Assembly: GCA_031316235.1 (NCBI GenBank)
Contig: JALDRA010000001.1
Coordinates: 1,620,001-1,652,000 of the forward strand
DNA length: 32,000 bases
Direction: 5' to 3'
DNA from: Candidatus Scalindua sp.
Lineage (GTDB): Bacteria; Planctomycetota; Brocadiia; Brocadiales; Scalinduaceae
Under the pieces are notes generated by a model, which was not told the origin of the DNA, made no database searches, and saw only the letters and a list, made by a program, of their open reading frames with translations. Shown piece after piece: positions 15,910 to 24,578 of this stretch; position 1 is the first letter of the stretch, and each line of letters opens with the position of its first letter. The translations under genes and the position numbers were made by a program.

Positions 15910-16077
15910 CAGTAGTGTCCGGTTAGGTTTTTTGCGTATTTAATTTATTGTTCAAAAGATGTCATTCCCGCATGTTTTTAGCGGGAATCCAGGATGAATG
16001 AGACTCTCTGGATACCCGATAAAAGCTCTCGGGTATGACAAAAGCCGCACGTGCAAATTCCTAACCGGACGCTACTG
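15910..16077. mobile_element. MITE-like non-autonomous element (168 bp)
   Basis: 18-bp TIRs, CAGTAGTGTCCGGTTAGG and CCTAACCGGACGCTACTG, matching 17/18. Flanked by the direct repeat ATAATGAAT at 15901-15909 and 16078-16086. The interior has two 8-bp-stem hairpins. Confidence 0.85.
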
Positions 16078-16125
16078 ATAATGAATGGTATTATTTTAAT
16101 TTCTGAAAATGAAAGGAGCAACAGT

Positions 16126-16602
16126 GTGAAAGTTACCCTTAAACAATTCGTATATTCATTGTGCATCATCGTGGTGATGCTTTTTTCATCCAATGTTTAC
16201 TCGCAAACATCAGGTGATCGTTCCTTAAAACATGAAGCAGTGAGAGAAAAGATGAAAGCCCGAATGTTAGAAATTTTCAAACAGCTCAATTTAAGTCCCG
16301 AACAAGAAAAACAGTTAAAGGCTCATCGAAACAAACATCGAGAGAGTGCTGGGGTATTTCGCCAAAGCATAAGAGCTAAAAAAGAGGAGATAAGAATCGA
16401 ACTCCAAGAAGAAGTGCTGAACATGGAGAAAATCAACAAATTACATTCTGAATTAAAGAATTTATACTCAACAAAGGCTGACCACAGGCTTGAGGGGATA
16501 CTGGAAGTGAGGAAAATCTTAACACCTCAGCAATTTAGGAAATTCAGTGAATTAAGAAAAGATATGAGAGCTGAGAGGAAAGGTCGAGGCAAATTTAATT
16601 AA
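16126..16602 (+). CDS. Spy/CpxP-family periplasmic protein
   Basis: GTG at 16126 is 7 nt after AGGAG. Signal peptide ending NVYSQ. Repeated LxPEQ-type motifs (LNLSPEQEKQLKAHR, LTPQQFRKF). The upstream extension of the track ORF derives from the MITE. Confidence 0.65.
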   Translation: MKVTLKQFVYSLCIIVVMLFSSNVYSQTSGDRSLKHEAVREKMKARMLEIFKQLNLSPEQEKQLKAHRNKHRESAGVFRQSIRAKKEEIRIELQEEVLNMEKINKLHSELKNLYSTKADHRLEGILEVRKILTPQQFRKFSELRKDMRAERKGRGKFN

Positions 16603-16839
16603 ACACCCCGAAATCCATCAAGCAGACAGTTACTCAATAATTTGCGGCAAACTTTTTTCAAATATTCAGGGTTCAGAAAAAAAATAACTTTACAACTTAT
16701 GGCGCTCAGGTTTAGGTCAGATCTCTTGGATCTGACTGAGCTGAACCGCATGCGTAGCCTAAGCTACGTTGAGGATTCAGCGAATGAAGATCGGACAAGG
16801 ATGGTTTGAAAATAATTCTTTTTTTGGATAATAGCAGCT

Positions 16840-17100
16840 CTACCAATAGTTGCGGGGTCCCCTGCCTGTGAGTTGCCGACTCCCGGCTTCAATCAGCGCC
16901 TGCGAGCTTTGACTGGAAAGAATTCTTTCGTAGTATTGCGACTGAATCTGACCTTCCAGATCCCGCTTGTCCCATCCGCATTCTGCGGCTTCATTTTCAT
17001 AGAATTCTCTGGCCTTCTTAACTTTAACCTGCATGAGCGCTGGGTAGACGACGTACTGGCCAGGAAAAATGGATTGGGGTTTTAGGCAAAATTTGATACA
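16840..17100 (-). pseudogene. Internal fragment of a DUF1016/YhcG-type (PDDEXK nuclease) gene
   Basis: AREFYENEAAECGWDKRDLEGQIQSQYYERILS resembles the E. coli YhcG segment RLWYAQQAIEHGWSRNVLVHQIESQLYQRQ. The N-terminus and the nuclease domain are missing. Confidence 0.45.
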
Positions 17101-17285
17101 ATTCAGTAATTCTTTCAGGGGGAAAAATGCCAAAACGTCCGGATAATAAGTCACCAATAAAAGTATTATATGTACTAACAAACGTAAAATAAGGGGCGAT
17201 TAGTACTGCTAATTCTTATTGGCTGTACTAATCATTAGACGACGGAAATTTGTGTAAAAAAAGAAAATGACAGAAGGGGTGAGTT

Positions 17286-17510
17286 ATGAAAAGATATAAA
17301 ATAATTGTAGAGAAACATCCTGATGGTTATGTAGCTTATCCCCTTGGTATAAAAGGTGTACTTGTAGGGCAAGGAGATAGCTATGAGGATGCCCTTACCG
17401 ATGTAAAATCAGCAATTAAATTTCATATTGAAACATTCGGTGAAGAGATTTTAGATATTGATCCTCCAATACTTGAGGCATTTGTTGCTGAAGCAGGAAT
17501 TGAGTCCTGA
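17286..17510 (+). CDS. hicB: HicB-family (UPF0150) antitoxin
   Basis: 74 aa: [46 protein letters not shown], typical of short HicB. Stop overlaps the hicA ATG (ATGA overlap). Confidence 0.8.
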   Translation: MKRYKIIVEKHPDGYVAYPLGIKGVLVGQGDSYEDALTDVKSAIKFHIETFGEEILDIDPPILEAFVAEAGIES

Positions 17511-17751
17511 TGTCAAAATTTCCAGTTGATGCTCCAAAACGAAGAGTTATTAAGGCTTTAGAGGTTCTTGGATTTCAAATTGTAAGAGAGAGAGAGAACA
17601 TATTTCTATGGTTCGAGAAAATCCTGATGGAACAATAACTCCTTTGACGATGCCTAATCATCCTAAAATAAAGGCTTCTACATTAAGAACAATATGTACA
17701 CAGGCAAGCATTACACGTGAGAAATTTTTAAATGTTTACAATACTACATAA
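17510..17751 (+). pseudogene. hicA: HicA-family toxin gene with a frameshift in an (AG)n tract
   Basis: The N-frame reads [29 protein letters not shown]. The C-frame reads [51 protein letters not shown]. The frames change inside AGAGAGAGAGAGA at 17585-17597. Total length is 242 nt, not a multiple of 3. Confidence 0.8.
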
Positions 17752-17997
17752 GTAGGAATGTTGGGCCAAACTTAATCTATTGACAAAAATGCAGTTTATT
17801 CTAACGGTCTCCATACAAAATCAATAAAACATTCAAGGAATAACCTCCTTGCAATAACCGCTTGACCTCATTGCTTGAAGAAACAAACGTATCATTTTTA
17901 TTGCAGTATTGAGGTTTTTTTGACAATGCTATGAGAGGAAGAAGGTTTATCCCTGATCATTGATTATAGATTTGATACAGATTATTTGAGGGGTATT

Positions 17998-18047
17998 TAT
18001 ACTCATACTGGATTTCGGATAAAATCCGAGATAAATTTGAGCGAGTA
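17998..18047 (+). repeat. About 50-nt structured repeat, copy B
   Basis: TATACTCAT..TTTCGGATAAAATCCGAGATAAATTTGAGCGAGTA. Its partner is at 7537-7591 in inverted orientation. Confidence 0.7.
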
Positions 18048-18200
18048 AAGCAATGCTTCAAGGGCCAGACCTTCATTTTTCAATTAACAACTTTTACATA
18101 ATACATACAAAGGACCACTATGGAGTGACCATTGCTGTTTGAATTTGATCCAAAGAGTCGCCTTTTAAGGTATTAAGATTGGTGTCAAGAGTCAGAATGC

Positions 18201-19067
18201 TTCATAGATTATCGTGATCAGGATGAAATTGAACACACCGTTGAAGAACTGATTTCTCAACGAGTATATGGGATAGCATTAGGATACGAAGATTTAAATG
18301 ATCATGACAGTTTGCGGGCTGATCGTTTGCGGGCAATATTATGTGGGAAGGAAGACCCAAGTGGCCAGGATCGACGCTGTGCAAGAGACAAGGGGAAAGC
18401 ATTAGCAGGTTAGAGTACTTTGAACAGACTGGAATTAACGCCTCCTGATGCTACGAGGAAAGACCGTTATAAAAAGATAGTGTATTGTAGAGAAAAGGTT
18501 GAAGAATATTTTGTAGACATTTTTTTGCGTTCCAGAGAAGAGATACCAGATCAAATAATACTGGACCTGGATGCGACAGACAATCCCCTTTATGGTAACC
18601 AGGAAAATCGTTTCTTTCATGGATATTATGACAGTTACTGTTATCTGCCCTTGTACATTTTTTGTGGAAGCCAGTTGCTGTGTGCAAAGCTGAGGCCTTC
18701 GGATATTGATTGTAGTGAAGGTTCTAAAGAAGAAGTAGAAAGAATTGTCAAACATATCCGTAAACAGTGGCCAGATGTGAGAATTATTCTACGGGGTGAT
18801 TCTGGCTTTGCGAGAGAAGAATTGATGAAGTGGTGTGAGGCGAACGGTGTTGACTATCTATTTGGTTTAGCAAAGAATTCGCGCCTCATAAAGATGATCG
18901 AAGGAGAACAGGAAGAAGCCCGGAAAGAATATGATCGGACAGAGCAGGCGTCTCGTGTGTATAAAGACTTTGTATACAGGACCCTGAAAAGTTGGTCAAG
19001 AGAAAGACGGGTTGTTGGCAAGGCAGAATATTTGAGGAGGGGTCCCAAAAAGTTTTCAGGATCTTAA
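18201..19067 (+). pseudogene. IS1380-family transposase pseudogene
   Basis: QRVYGIALGYEDLNDHDSLRAD, ILDLDATDNPLYGNQ and FFHGYYDSYCYLPLYIF match the IS1380 family as I recall it. An in-frame TAG sits where the family has AGKSTLNRLE. The N-terminus is degraded (stops upstream of 18201) and the C-terminal half is missing. Confidence 0.75.
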
Positions 19068-19151
19068 CCCGCAATTTATGAAAGTAATTGGAGGTTGGAA
19101 TAAATATGTGGTATGAACTGGCGGATACTAGATCAGGGAGAGGAACCACAG

Positions 19152-19517
19152 ATGGGCACAGATAAGCACAGATAAGCACAGATTATTGGATGTGTATTTG
19201 AAGTTTTGAACACACTTGGTCATGGTCTTCTTGAAAAACTCTATGAAAATGCACTTGTTGTTGAATTTGGTATAAAACAAATACCGTTTCAGCAACAGGT
19301 ACGGTTACCGGTAATTTATAAATCTGTACAAGTTAGTGAATATATCCCCGATCTGATTGCTTTTGATAAAATTATTGTTGATATCAAAGTCATTGAGAAG
19401 ATTGGCAATAACGAAATAGCTCAAATCATCAATTATCTAAAGATTATCGGGTTGAGAGTAGGGCTGGTATTAAACTTTAAACATGCCAAACTTGAAGGGG
19501 AGAGAATTATCTTATGA
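19152..19517 (+). pseudogene. GxxExxY-family (PD-(D/E)XK-like) protein gene with an in-frame TAA at codon 8
   Basis: MGTDKHR*AQIIGCVFEVLNTLGHGLLEKLYENALVVEF... has the hallmark GxxExxY motif. The stop at 19173-19175 lies inside a 10-bp tandem repeat. It may still be expressed from the downstream TTG at 19206. Confidence 0.6.
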
Positions 19518-19723
19518 AGAAAAGGACACAGTTAGACACGGATTTTGTATTATCGAAAAACAGAATTATTAAAAATATTATCTGTGTGAACCAGTGTTCA
19601 TCTGTGATCAAAGAAAAAGTTGTTCCATGAGTATGAATGAAAAGGAACTCTTAAAACTGCCGAGAGGGTTGAGGGTCAAATCTTTCAAATTGACAAACGT
19701 TTTGTTTGAGATATTCTTTTGTA

Positions 19724-19845
19724 ATGGCAAGGTCATTATGCATACAATACGAAGGCGCTTTATATCATGTTACCTGTAGAGGGAACGAGCGGAGGGAGCT
19801 CTACAAAGATGATGAGGACAGAAATGTATTTCTTGATTATTGGTA
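19724..19845 (+). pseudogene. N-terminal fragment of an IS200-like/REP-associated Y1 transposase
   Basis: MARSLCIQYEGALYHVTCRGNERRELYKDDEDRNVFLDY matches the conserved N-terminus. The HUH and Tyr parts are absent. Confidence 0.6.
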
Positions 19846-20330
19846 TCGGAGAAGAAAACGGACGGCCTGTCTTACCTCCGAAGGGGTTAAACAGCAATCA
19901 GGTTTACAAGATTCAGAAGGAGGTTACTGAACTTGGTTATACAATCCAGCCGTATTATCATCCTATCGTTATTCCCTGCACATATAAGCGGAAAAATATT
20001 CTGGTCTTATGGGTTGTTTGAGGGTAGACCAGTCCTTATAAAGCTCCTGTCTTGTTGTCTAAATCAAATAAGCGCTATGTGTACTATATTCGCAAGACAT
20101 CTAAAACCGTTATTGCCAGGGCACGGGATGAGAAGAAGTTGTTTGAACTGGCATCCACCGTTCCTTTTGATGACCGCATGCATACCAGCGCGACTATTAA
20201 TGATCTCGATCTGGGACTCATACGGGCATACCTGCAGCAGGTAAAAAGTGATCTGTTTGTAGAGACGTCCAGGATCGATTTTGTGCAGTTGTGCCGCAAT
20301 ATGAATATTGTTGACGGGCCGGATCAATAT
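19838..20330 (+). pseudogene. AlbA_2/Schlafen-type DNA-binding domain protein pseudogene
   Basis: YFLIIGIGEENGRPV...IQPYYHPIVIPCTYKRKNILVLWVV*G*TSPYKAP...KRYVYYIRKTSKTVIARARDEKKLFELASTVPFDDR. There are two in-frame stops (TGA 20022-24, TAG 20028-30), and the gene is truncated at both ends. Confidence 0.55.
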
Positions 20331-20592
20331 ACAATAAATTGTTATAAGTTATTTGTATTATGTAATTGGTATTGTTTTGCTTATACTCTTAGTTAATTTT
20401 TTTTCGATAAATTAAATTTTCTTTCTGATAATGAAACGCTAGTGATTTACGGTTGATTGATATTCAGATTAAAATGGGATAGCCGTATCTGTTATTTTTT
20501 CAGTTGAGTTACAGGTTTATCTGGCTATTATTGCGATAGTGATGTCATTCAGAAACTGGTGATCTTCCTGTTAGGAGAAATGGAAAATAGTC

Positions 20593-21384
20593 ATGGCTCA
20601 ACAGCAACTTCTTTATAATTTCTCCAGCATTGTTATTACAGCAACGCTTTTTGTTTTAATAATTTTATTCAATGAAATCGGTTTTCATATTGGTCGTTTT
20701 ATTCAGCACCGCACCGATACAGAAATCAAGACGTTGACTGGCGCGATTCAGGCCAGTATTTTAGGCTTGCTGGCTCTTCTGCTCAGCTTTACATTCAGCA
20801 TGTCAATGCAGCGATATGATAACCGGAGCCAGGCTCTGATCTCTGAGGCAAACTCAATACAAACTGCTATGTTAAGGGTTCAATTGCTGCCAGAGCAATA
20901 CAAAAACAAGGCTATCCATATGCTTCACAGGTATGTCGATTTGCGAATTGCCATTAGTCAGATAGACATGACAAGACGGGAAGAACGAAAAGAGTACAAC
21001 AGACAGATTTATGAGGTTCAAAATGATCTTTGGTCATTGGCAGTTATGGCGGCAAAAGAAGATCCGCGACCGGTAACATCCGGAGCATTCATAATATCGT
21101 TGAATGAAGTTATCGACATCCAGGGAAAAAGGAATGCCCTGCTTCAGATGCATGTTCCGGAAGTCGTATTATTCTTGCTGTTTATGGTGTTTATCGCATC
21201 AGGGGGTATTTTAGGCTATTCGAGCGGATTAAGCGGTAAACGTGTTGTCGCGCCAACGATAATGGTTTCGTTCTTAATTGCAATGATAGTATTTATCATA
21301 ATTGACCTGGATCGGCCTAAGCGCGGAGTAATTCAGGTGGACCAAACAAGCATACTTGAGCTTCAAATGAATAACCATAAGTGA
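20593..21384 (+). CDS. DUF4239-like (bestrophin-like) membrane protein
   Basis: Multiple TM helices. The segment RYDNRSQALISEANSIQTAMLRVQLLP resembles the DUF4239 signature as I recall it. Confidence 0.5.
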   Translation: MAQQQLLYNFSSIVITATLFVLIILFNEIGFHIGRFIQHRTDTEIKTLTGAIQASILGLLALLLSFTFSMSMQRYDNRSQALISEANSIQTAMLRVQLLPEQYKNKAIHMLHRYVDLRIAISQIDMTRREERKEYNRQIYEVQNDLWSLAVMAAKEDPRPVTSGAFIISLNEVIDIQGKRNALLQMHVPEVVLFLLFMVFIASGGILGYSSGLSGKRVVAPTIMVSFLIAMIVFIIIDLDRPKRGVIQVDQTSILELQMNNHK

Positions 21385-21911
21385 GCACAAGGTAAAGTCT
21401 TTGGATGGCTTCAGAAAGAAACAGAGAAACTGTTTGTTGCCTATCCCTCCTTGTGAAGGTGCCTACTATATGATTATCAAACCTAATCTTTTGACAAACA
21501 ATCCCGCATAATGATTTAGAAACATGTTTCCGGAAAATTGAAGTTGCTTAATAAAAACAGCGCGGTACATGGTTACGAGAAATTGCCTTTTGTTCAATGT
21601 ATCACCCCCTTTAACGGTATCAGAAACACAATATCTAACTACTTGTTTATTCGTCACAAGTGAGTTAATTCTGGTCCGGCATTTTAATAAAATACTTGAT
21701 TTCTCTTTGTCGTTGTATTATTCTCACTCTGTTCCTGAAAAAGCAATTTACTATCATCCACAAAAACAACTAAACAAGCAACAAAGTCAGGTGCTGGTGT
21801 TCTTTCAGGTATGCTGTTACGTATGGGATTTGCGTTGATATTGTAAATACTAATGAGTTCGTTGCATACATACGAAATTTTTCAACTCTTTCATTTTTAA
21901 TTATATATGCT

Positions 21912-22745
21912 ATGAAAATTCTTGTACCAACCGATTTCTCCGCACTGTCAAAAGTAGCGGTGTTGTATGCCGCTAATATGGCAAAAAAACTATATGGAGC
22001 AGAAATAATCCTGCTCCATATAGTTTATATTGATGCCTCTGCAAGGACACAGGTAGCCATGAAAGAAAAACAACTATTAGATGCGATGGCTGACAATGCT
22101 ACACAGGAATTTGTTCTACTGACCAATGAAATAAAAAAGCTGGATGGTTCTGAAGTAAAGATAACTCCGAAGATTGTGAAGGGGTGTCCAGTAGAAGATG
22201 TTATTGAAAATTTTGCATACCATAATAATATCGATTTGATCATTATGGGAACCAAGGGTGCCAGCGGGATTAAAAAAGTATTGATGGGCAGTAATGCTGC
22301 GGCGGTAATCAGCAATAGCACCATCCCAGTCATAACAGTACCGGAGCATTCCAGATTTAAACCAATCAAGAATATTATTTACGCCACAGATTTACAATCT
22401 ATAGAAAATGAGATTAAGGCGCTTATACCGCTTGCACAGCTTTTTGAATCTACCGTACATATCCTGCACGTTATTTCACCAGACTCAAAGAAAATAATTG
22501 ACAAAGCACAGATCAAGAAAGATATTGTCAGCAAATATACGTATCCGCATATCTTTGTTCAGGTTTCCATAAGCGATGACATTACCGAAGGTATTGGCGA
22601 ATATATTGTCCAAACAAAAGCTGACATGATTGCAATGTTTACACACAAATTAACATTTTTTGAAAAACTATTTGGTAAAAGTTTTACCCGAAAAGTGGCA
22701 TTTCACACATGGATCCCGCTATTGGCAATTAAAAAAGCCTTCTAA
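21912..22745 (+). CDS. Universal stress protein with tandem Usp domains
   Basis: MKILVPTDFS..., LLHIV and the MGTKGASGIKKVLMGSNA ATP-binding-type motif. A second Usp-like half follows. Confidence 0.8.
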   Translation: MKILVPTDFSALSKVAVLYAANMAKKLYGAEIILLHIVYIDASARTQVAMKEKQLLDAMADNATQEFVLLTNEIKKLDGSEVKITPKIVKGCPVEDVIENFAYHNNIDLIIMGTKGASGIKKVLMGSNAAAVISNSTIPVITVPEHSRFKPIKNIIYATDLQSIENEIKALIPLAQLFESTVHILHVISPDSKKIIDKAQIKKDIVSKYTYPHIFVQVSISDDITEGIGEYIVQTKADMIAMFTHKLTFFEKLFGKSFTRKVAFHTWIPLLAIKKAF

Positions 22746-23071
22746 GCAGACTCTGTGGGTCAATCCTGATCTATTGAGAATGATTGGAAATATTTTTGTT
22801 TACAACTGCAACTGCTTTTTATAGAATCTGACTTAAATACCTTCTGGTATTTAGAGGCAGCTACCCACATTTTATACCAAAGAGTCACTATTCGTGATAA
22901 AGACGTTGACTAACGTTACATAGTTAAACTCACTTATTTCCGGGTATAAGAAATCAGACCATATATCATCATATAACATTGTAAGTTCCACGAAACGTTT
23001 CAAATAGATTCATCTTATTTTCTGATTTTCAACAATACGTTTGTTGAACTTTTTCGAAAGGGGAGGGACAG

Positions 23072-23983
23072 ATGAAAAAAGGACATTCGCACTTCTTTGT
23101 TTTTGTCGTAATCATGGCAATAGGTTCTTTAATGGGATACACGTCTTCAGTAAGCGCTGAGTTTTCAGCAATTGAAGCAGCAAAGTCTGAGCATCTTGAG
23201 AGTGATGCCATAAAAGCTGGATCAGCAGCAGCCGAAGCAGCAAAATCCGGGAATCTCAAGGCTGATGCCATAAAAGCCGGATCGTCGGCAATTGAAGCAG
23301 TAAAATCCGGGAATATCGAGGCTGACTCCATAAAAGACGGATCAGCAGCAATTGAAGCAGCAAAGTCCGGGAATCTCAAGGTTGATGCCATAAAAGACGG
23401 ATCGTCAGCAATTGAAGCAGTAAAGTCTGAGCATTCCAAGACTGACGCCATAAAAGACGGATCAGCAGCAGCCGAAGCGGCAAAATCCGGGAATCTCAAG
23501 GCTGACGCCATAAAAGCTGAAGCTTCAGGGACTGAAACAGCAAAAGTTGAGCACTCCAGGGCTGATGCCACAAAAGCTGGCTCTTTTTCAGCAGGATTTC
23601 CCTATGGATATCAAGGCTGGACAAATACTTTTGCCAAGGTAGTCCAGGCAAAAGGGCCATTTTACGGTTTTCAACGAGTACTTGTCAGTTTGCAGGCACT
23701 TGACGCTTACACAAACAACAGCAGCGGATATGAAAACGGAGATGTATTGGTTCTTGAATTCAACGAAATAGAGAATGAAAATGACGGTATGGTCAAAGGA
23801 GAAGTTAACTGGATAGCTGTTATGGTGAAAGATTCATCAGCAACAGAAACAGGAGGATGGAGATATGCTGCTTATGATGGAAAAACGAAAATGCCAAAAG
23901 AAGAAGTTGATCCTGTTACCGGTTGTTATAATTGCCATATGGCAGTCAAAAACAGGGATTATGTATTTTCTGAATTAAAATAA
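23072..23983 (+). CDS. Secreted cytochrome P460-family protein with an N-terminal tandem-repeat region
   Basis: Signal peptide. C-terminal WIAVMVKDSSATETGGWRYAAY...CYNCH...RDYVF with the CxxCH haem motif typical of the P460/c'-beta family. RBS GGGGAGGGA. Confidence 0.7.
   Translation: MKKGHSHFFVFVVIMAIGSLMGYTSSVSAEFSAIEAAKSEHLESDAIKAGSAAAEAAKSGNLKADAIKAGSSAIEAVKSGNIEADSIKDGSAAIEAAKSGNLKVDAIKDGSSAIEAVKSEHSKTDAIKDGSAAAEAAKSGNLKADAIKAEASGTETAKVEHSRADATKAGSFSAGFPYGYQGWTNTFAKVVQAKGPFYGFQRVLVSLQALDAYTNNSSGYENGDVLVLEFNEIENENDGMVKGEVNWIAVMVKDSSATETGGWRYAAYDGKTKMPKEEVDPVTGCYNCHMAVKNRDYVFSELK
23156..23584 (+). repeat. In-frame 60-bp (20-aa) tandem repeat, about 7 units, with alternating subtypes
   Basis: Units are AIKAGSAAAEAAKSGNLKAD and AIKAGSSAIEAVKSGNIEAD and so on, with boundaries every 60 bp from 23207. 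The A-type/B-type alternation gives a 120-bp super-period. Confidence 0.9.
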
Positions 23984-23994
23984 AATAACCATAC

Positions 23995-24526
23995 CAGCGA
24001 GGGGTGTCTCCAAAGAGGGAGAAGATGAGTCACCTGTTGAGATACTTCAGGAACAAAGCCCCCGTTGATCAGCCTGCAAATTCAACGGGGAGGTAAACAG
24101 ACTCTTCCTTCAGGATTATTCCTCAATTAACTGGTTAATCATGCCGGATAAAAGTTACGCAGATATTAAAATTACTTTCACCCTTCACTCACAGAGAGGG
24201 TGGAAGTAATTTCCGCTTCTTATACAGGCTCTTTAATTCAAACCTCTCGATTCCACTACCCGCTGAAACACTGGATTTATACTACCCGTCTATACCTTAT
24301 CAGTCACGTGGAACAAATTGTTCTTCAGGGTCAGCAGAAAAGAGAAATCAGCAATGACATTGACCCGGCAACAGTTTCTCTGATATTCCCGGGGATGGTT
24401 CAGCCGGCAGCAATTCTCTGGCACATGAGTGACGGCGACTTTGATGTGACAAAGCATGTGGAGAGAGCCTGGAAGATATTCAAGAACTGCATCCAGGCCA
24501 AAATAAATCCACCGCCAGAGAGATGA
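23995..24526 (+). pseudogene. Decayed TetR-family regulator at the ybiH/cecR position
   Basis: An HTH remnant (RGVS...HLLRYFRNK) lies in one frame. A TetR-C-like ORF (24200-24526, ..GQQKREISNDIDPATVSLIFPGMVQP..) lies in another. The N-terminus is missing. Confidence 0.4.
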
Positions 24527-24578
24527 GATATTTTTTTCTTTATTATGTGAATAAACATTCACACATGGAGCAAAAGAG

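Noticed and set aside
16051-16125. N-terminal extension of the Spy-like ORF
   Set aside because: The extension begins inside the MITE. GTG at 16126 with AGGAG and a signal peptide is the credible start.
7537-18047. Composite transposon bounded by the two inverted 50-nt repeats
   Set aside because: The DNA left of copy A shows no IS1380 transposase remnant, and no target duplications are visible. The similarity of about 50 nt is better explained as a dispersed structured repeat.
21466-21657. 63-aa minus-strand ORF and the 89-aa plus-strand ORF (21569-21838) in the gap before the usp gene
   Set aside because: They overlap each other and have no RBS or recognisable motif. The region is treated as intergenic.
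23029-23571. 180-aa minus-strand ORF
   Set aside because: It is the antisense image of the 60-bp tandem repeats inside the P460-family gene. Its own repetitiveness (..FMASALRFPDFAAS..) just mirrors the sense repeats. The sense strand has the signal peptide, RBS and haem domain.
23156-23584. Regular 60-bp repeats considered as a possible CRISPR array
   Set aside because: The units are contiguous with no unique spacers. They are in frame and lie inside a gene that has a signal peptide and a C-terminal domain.
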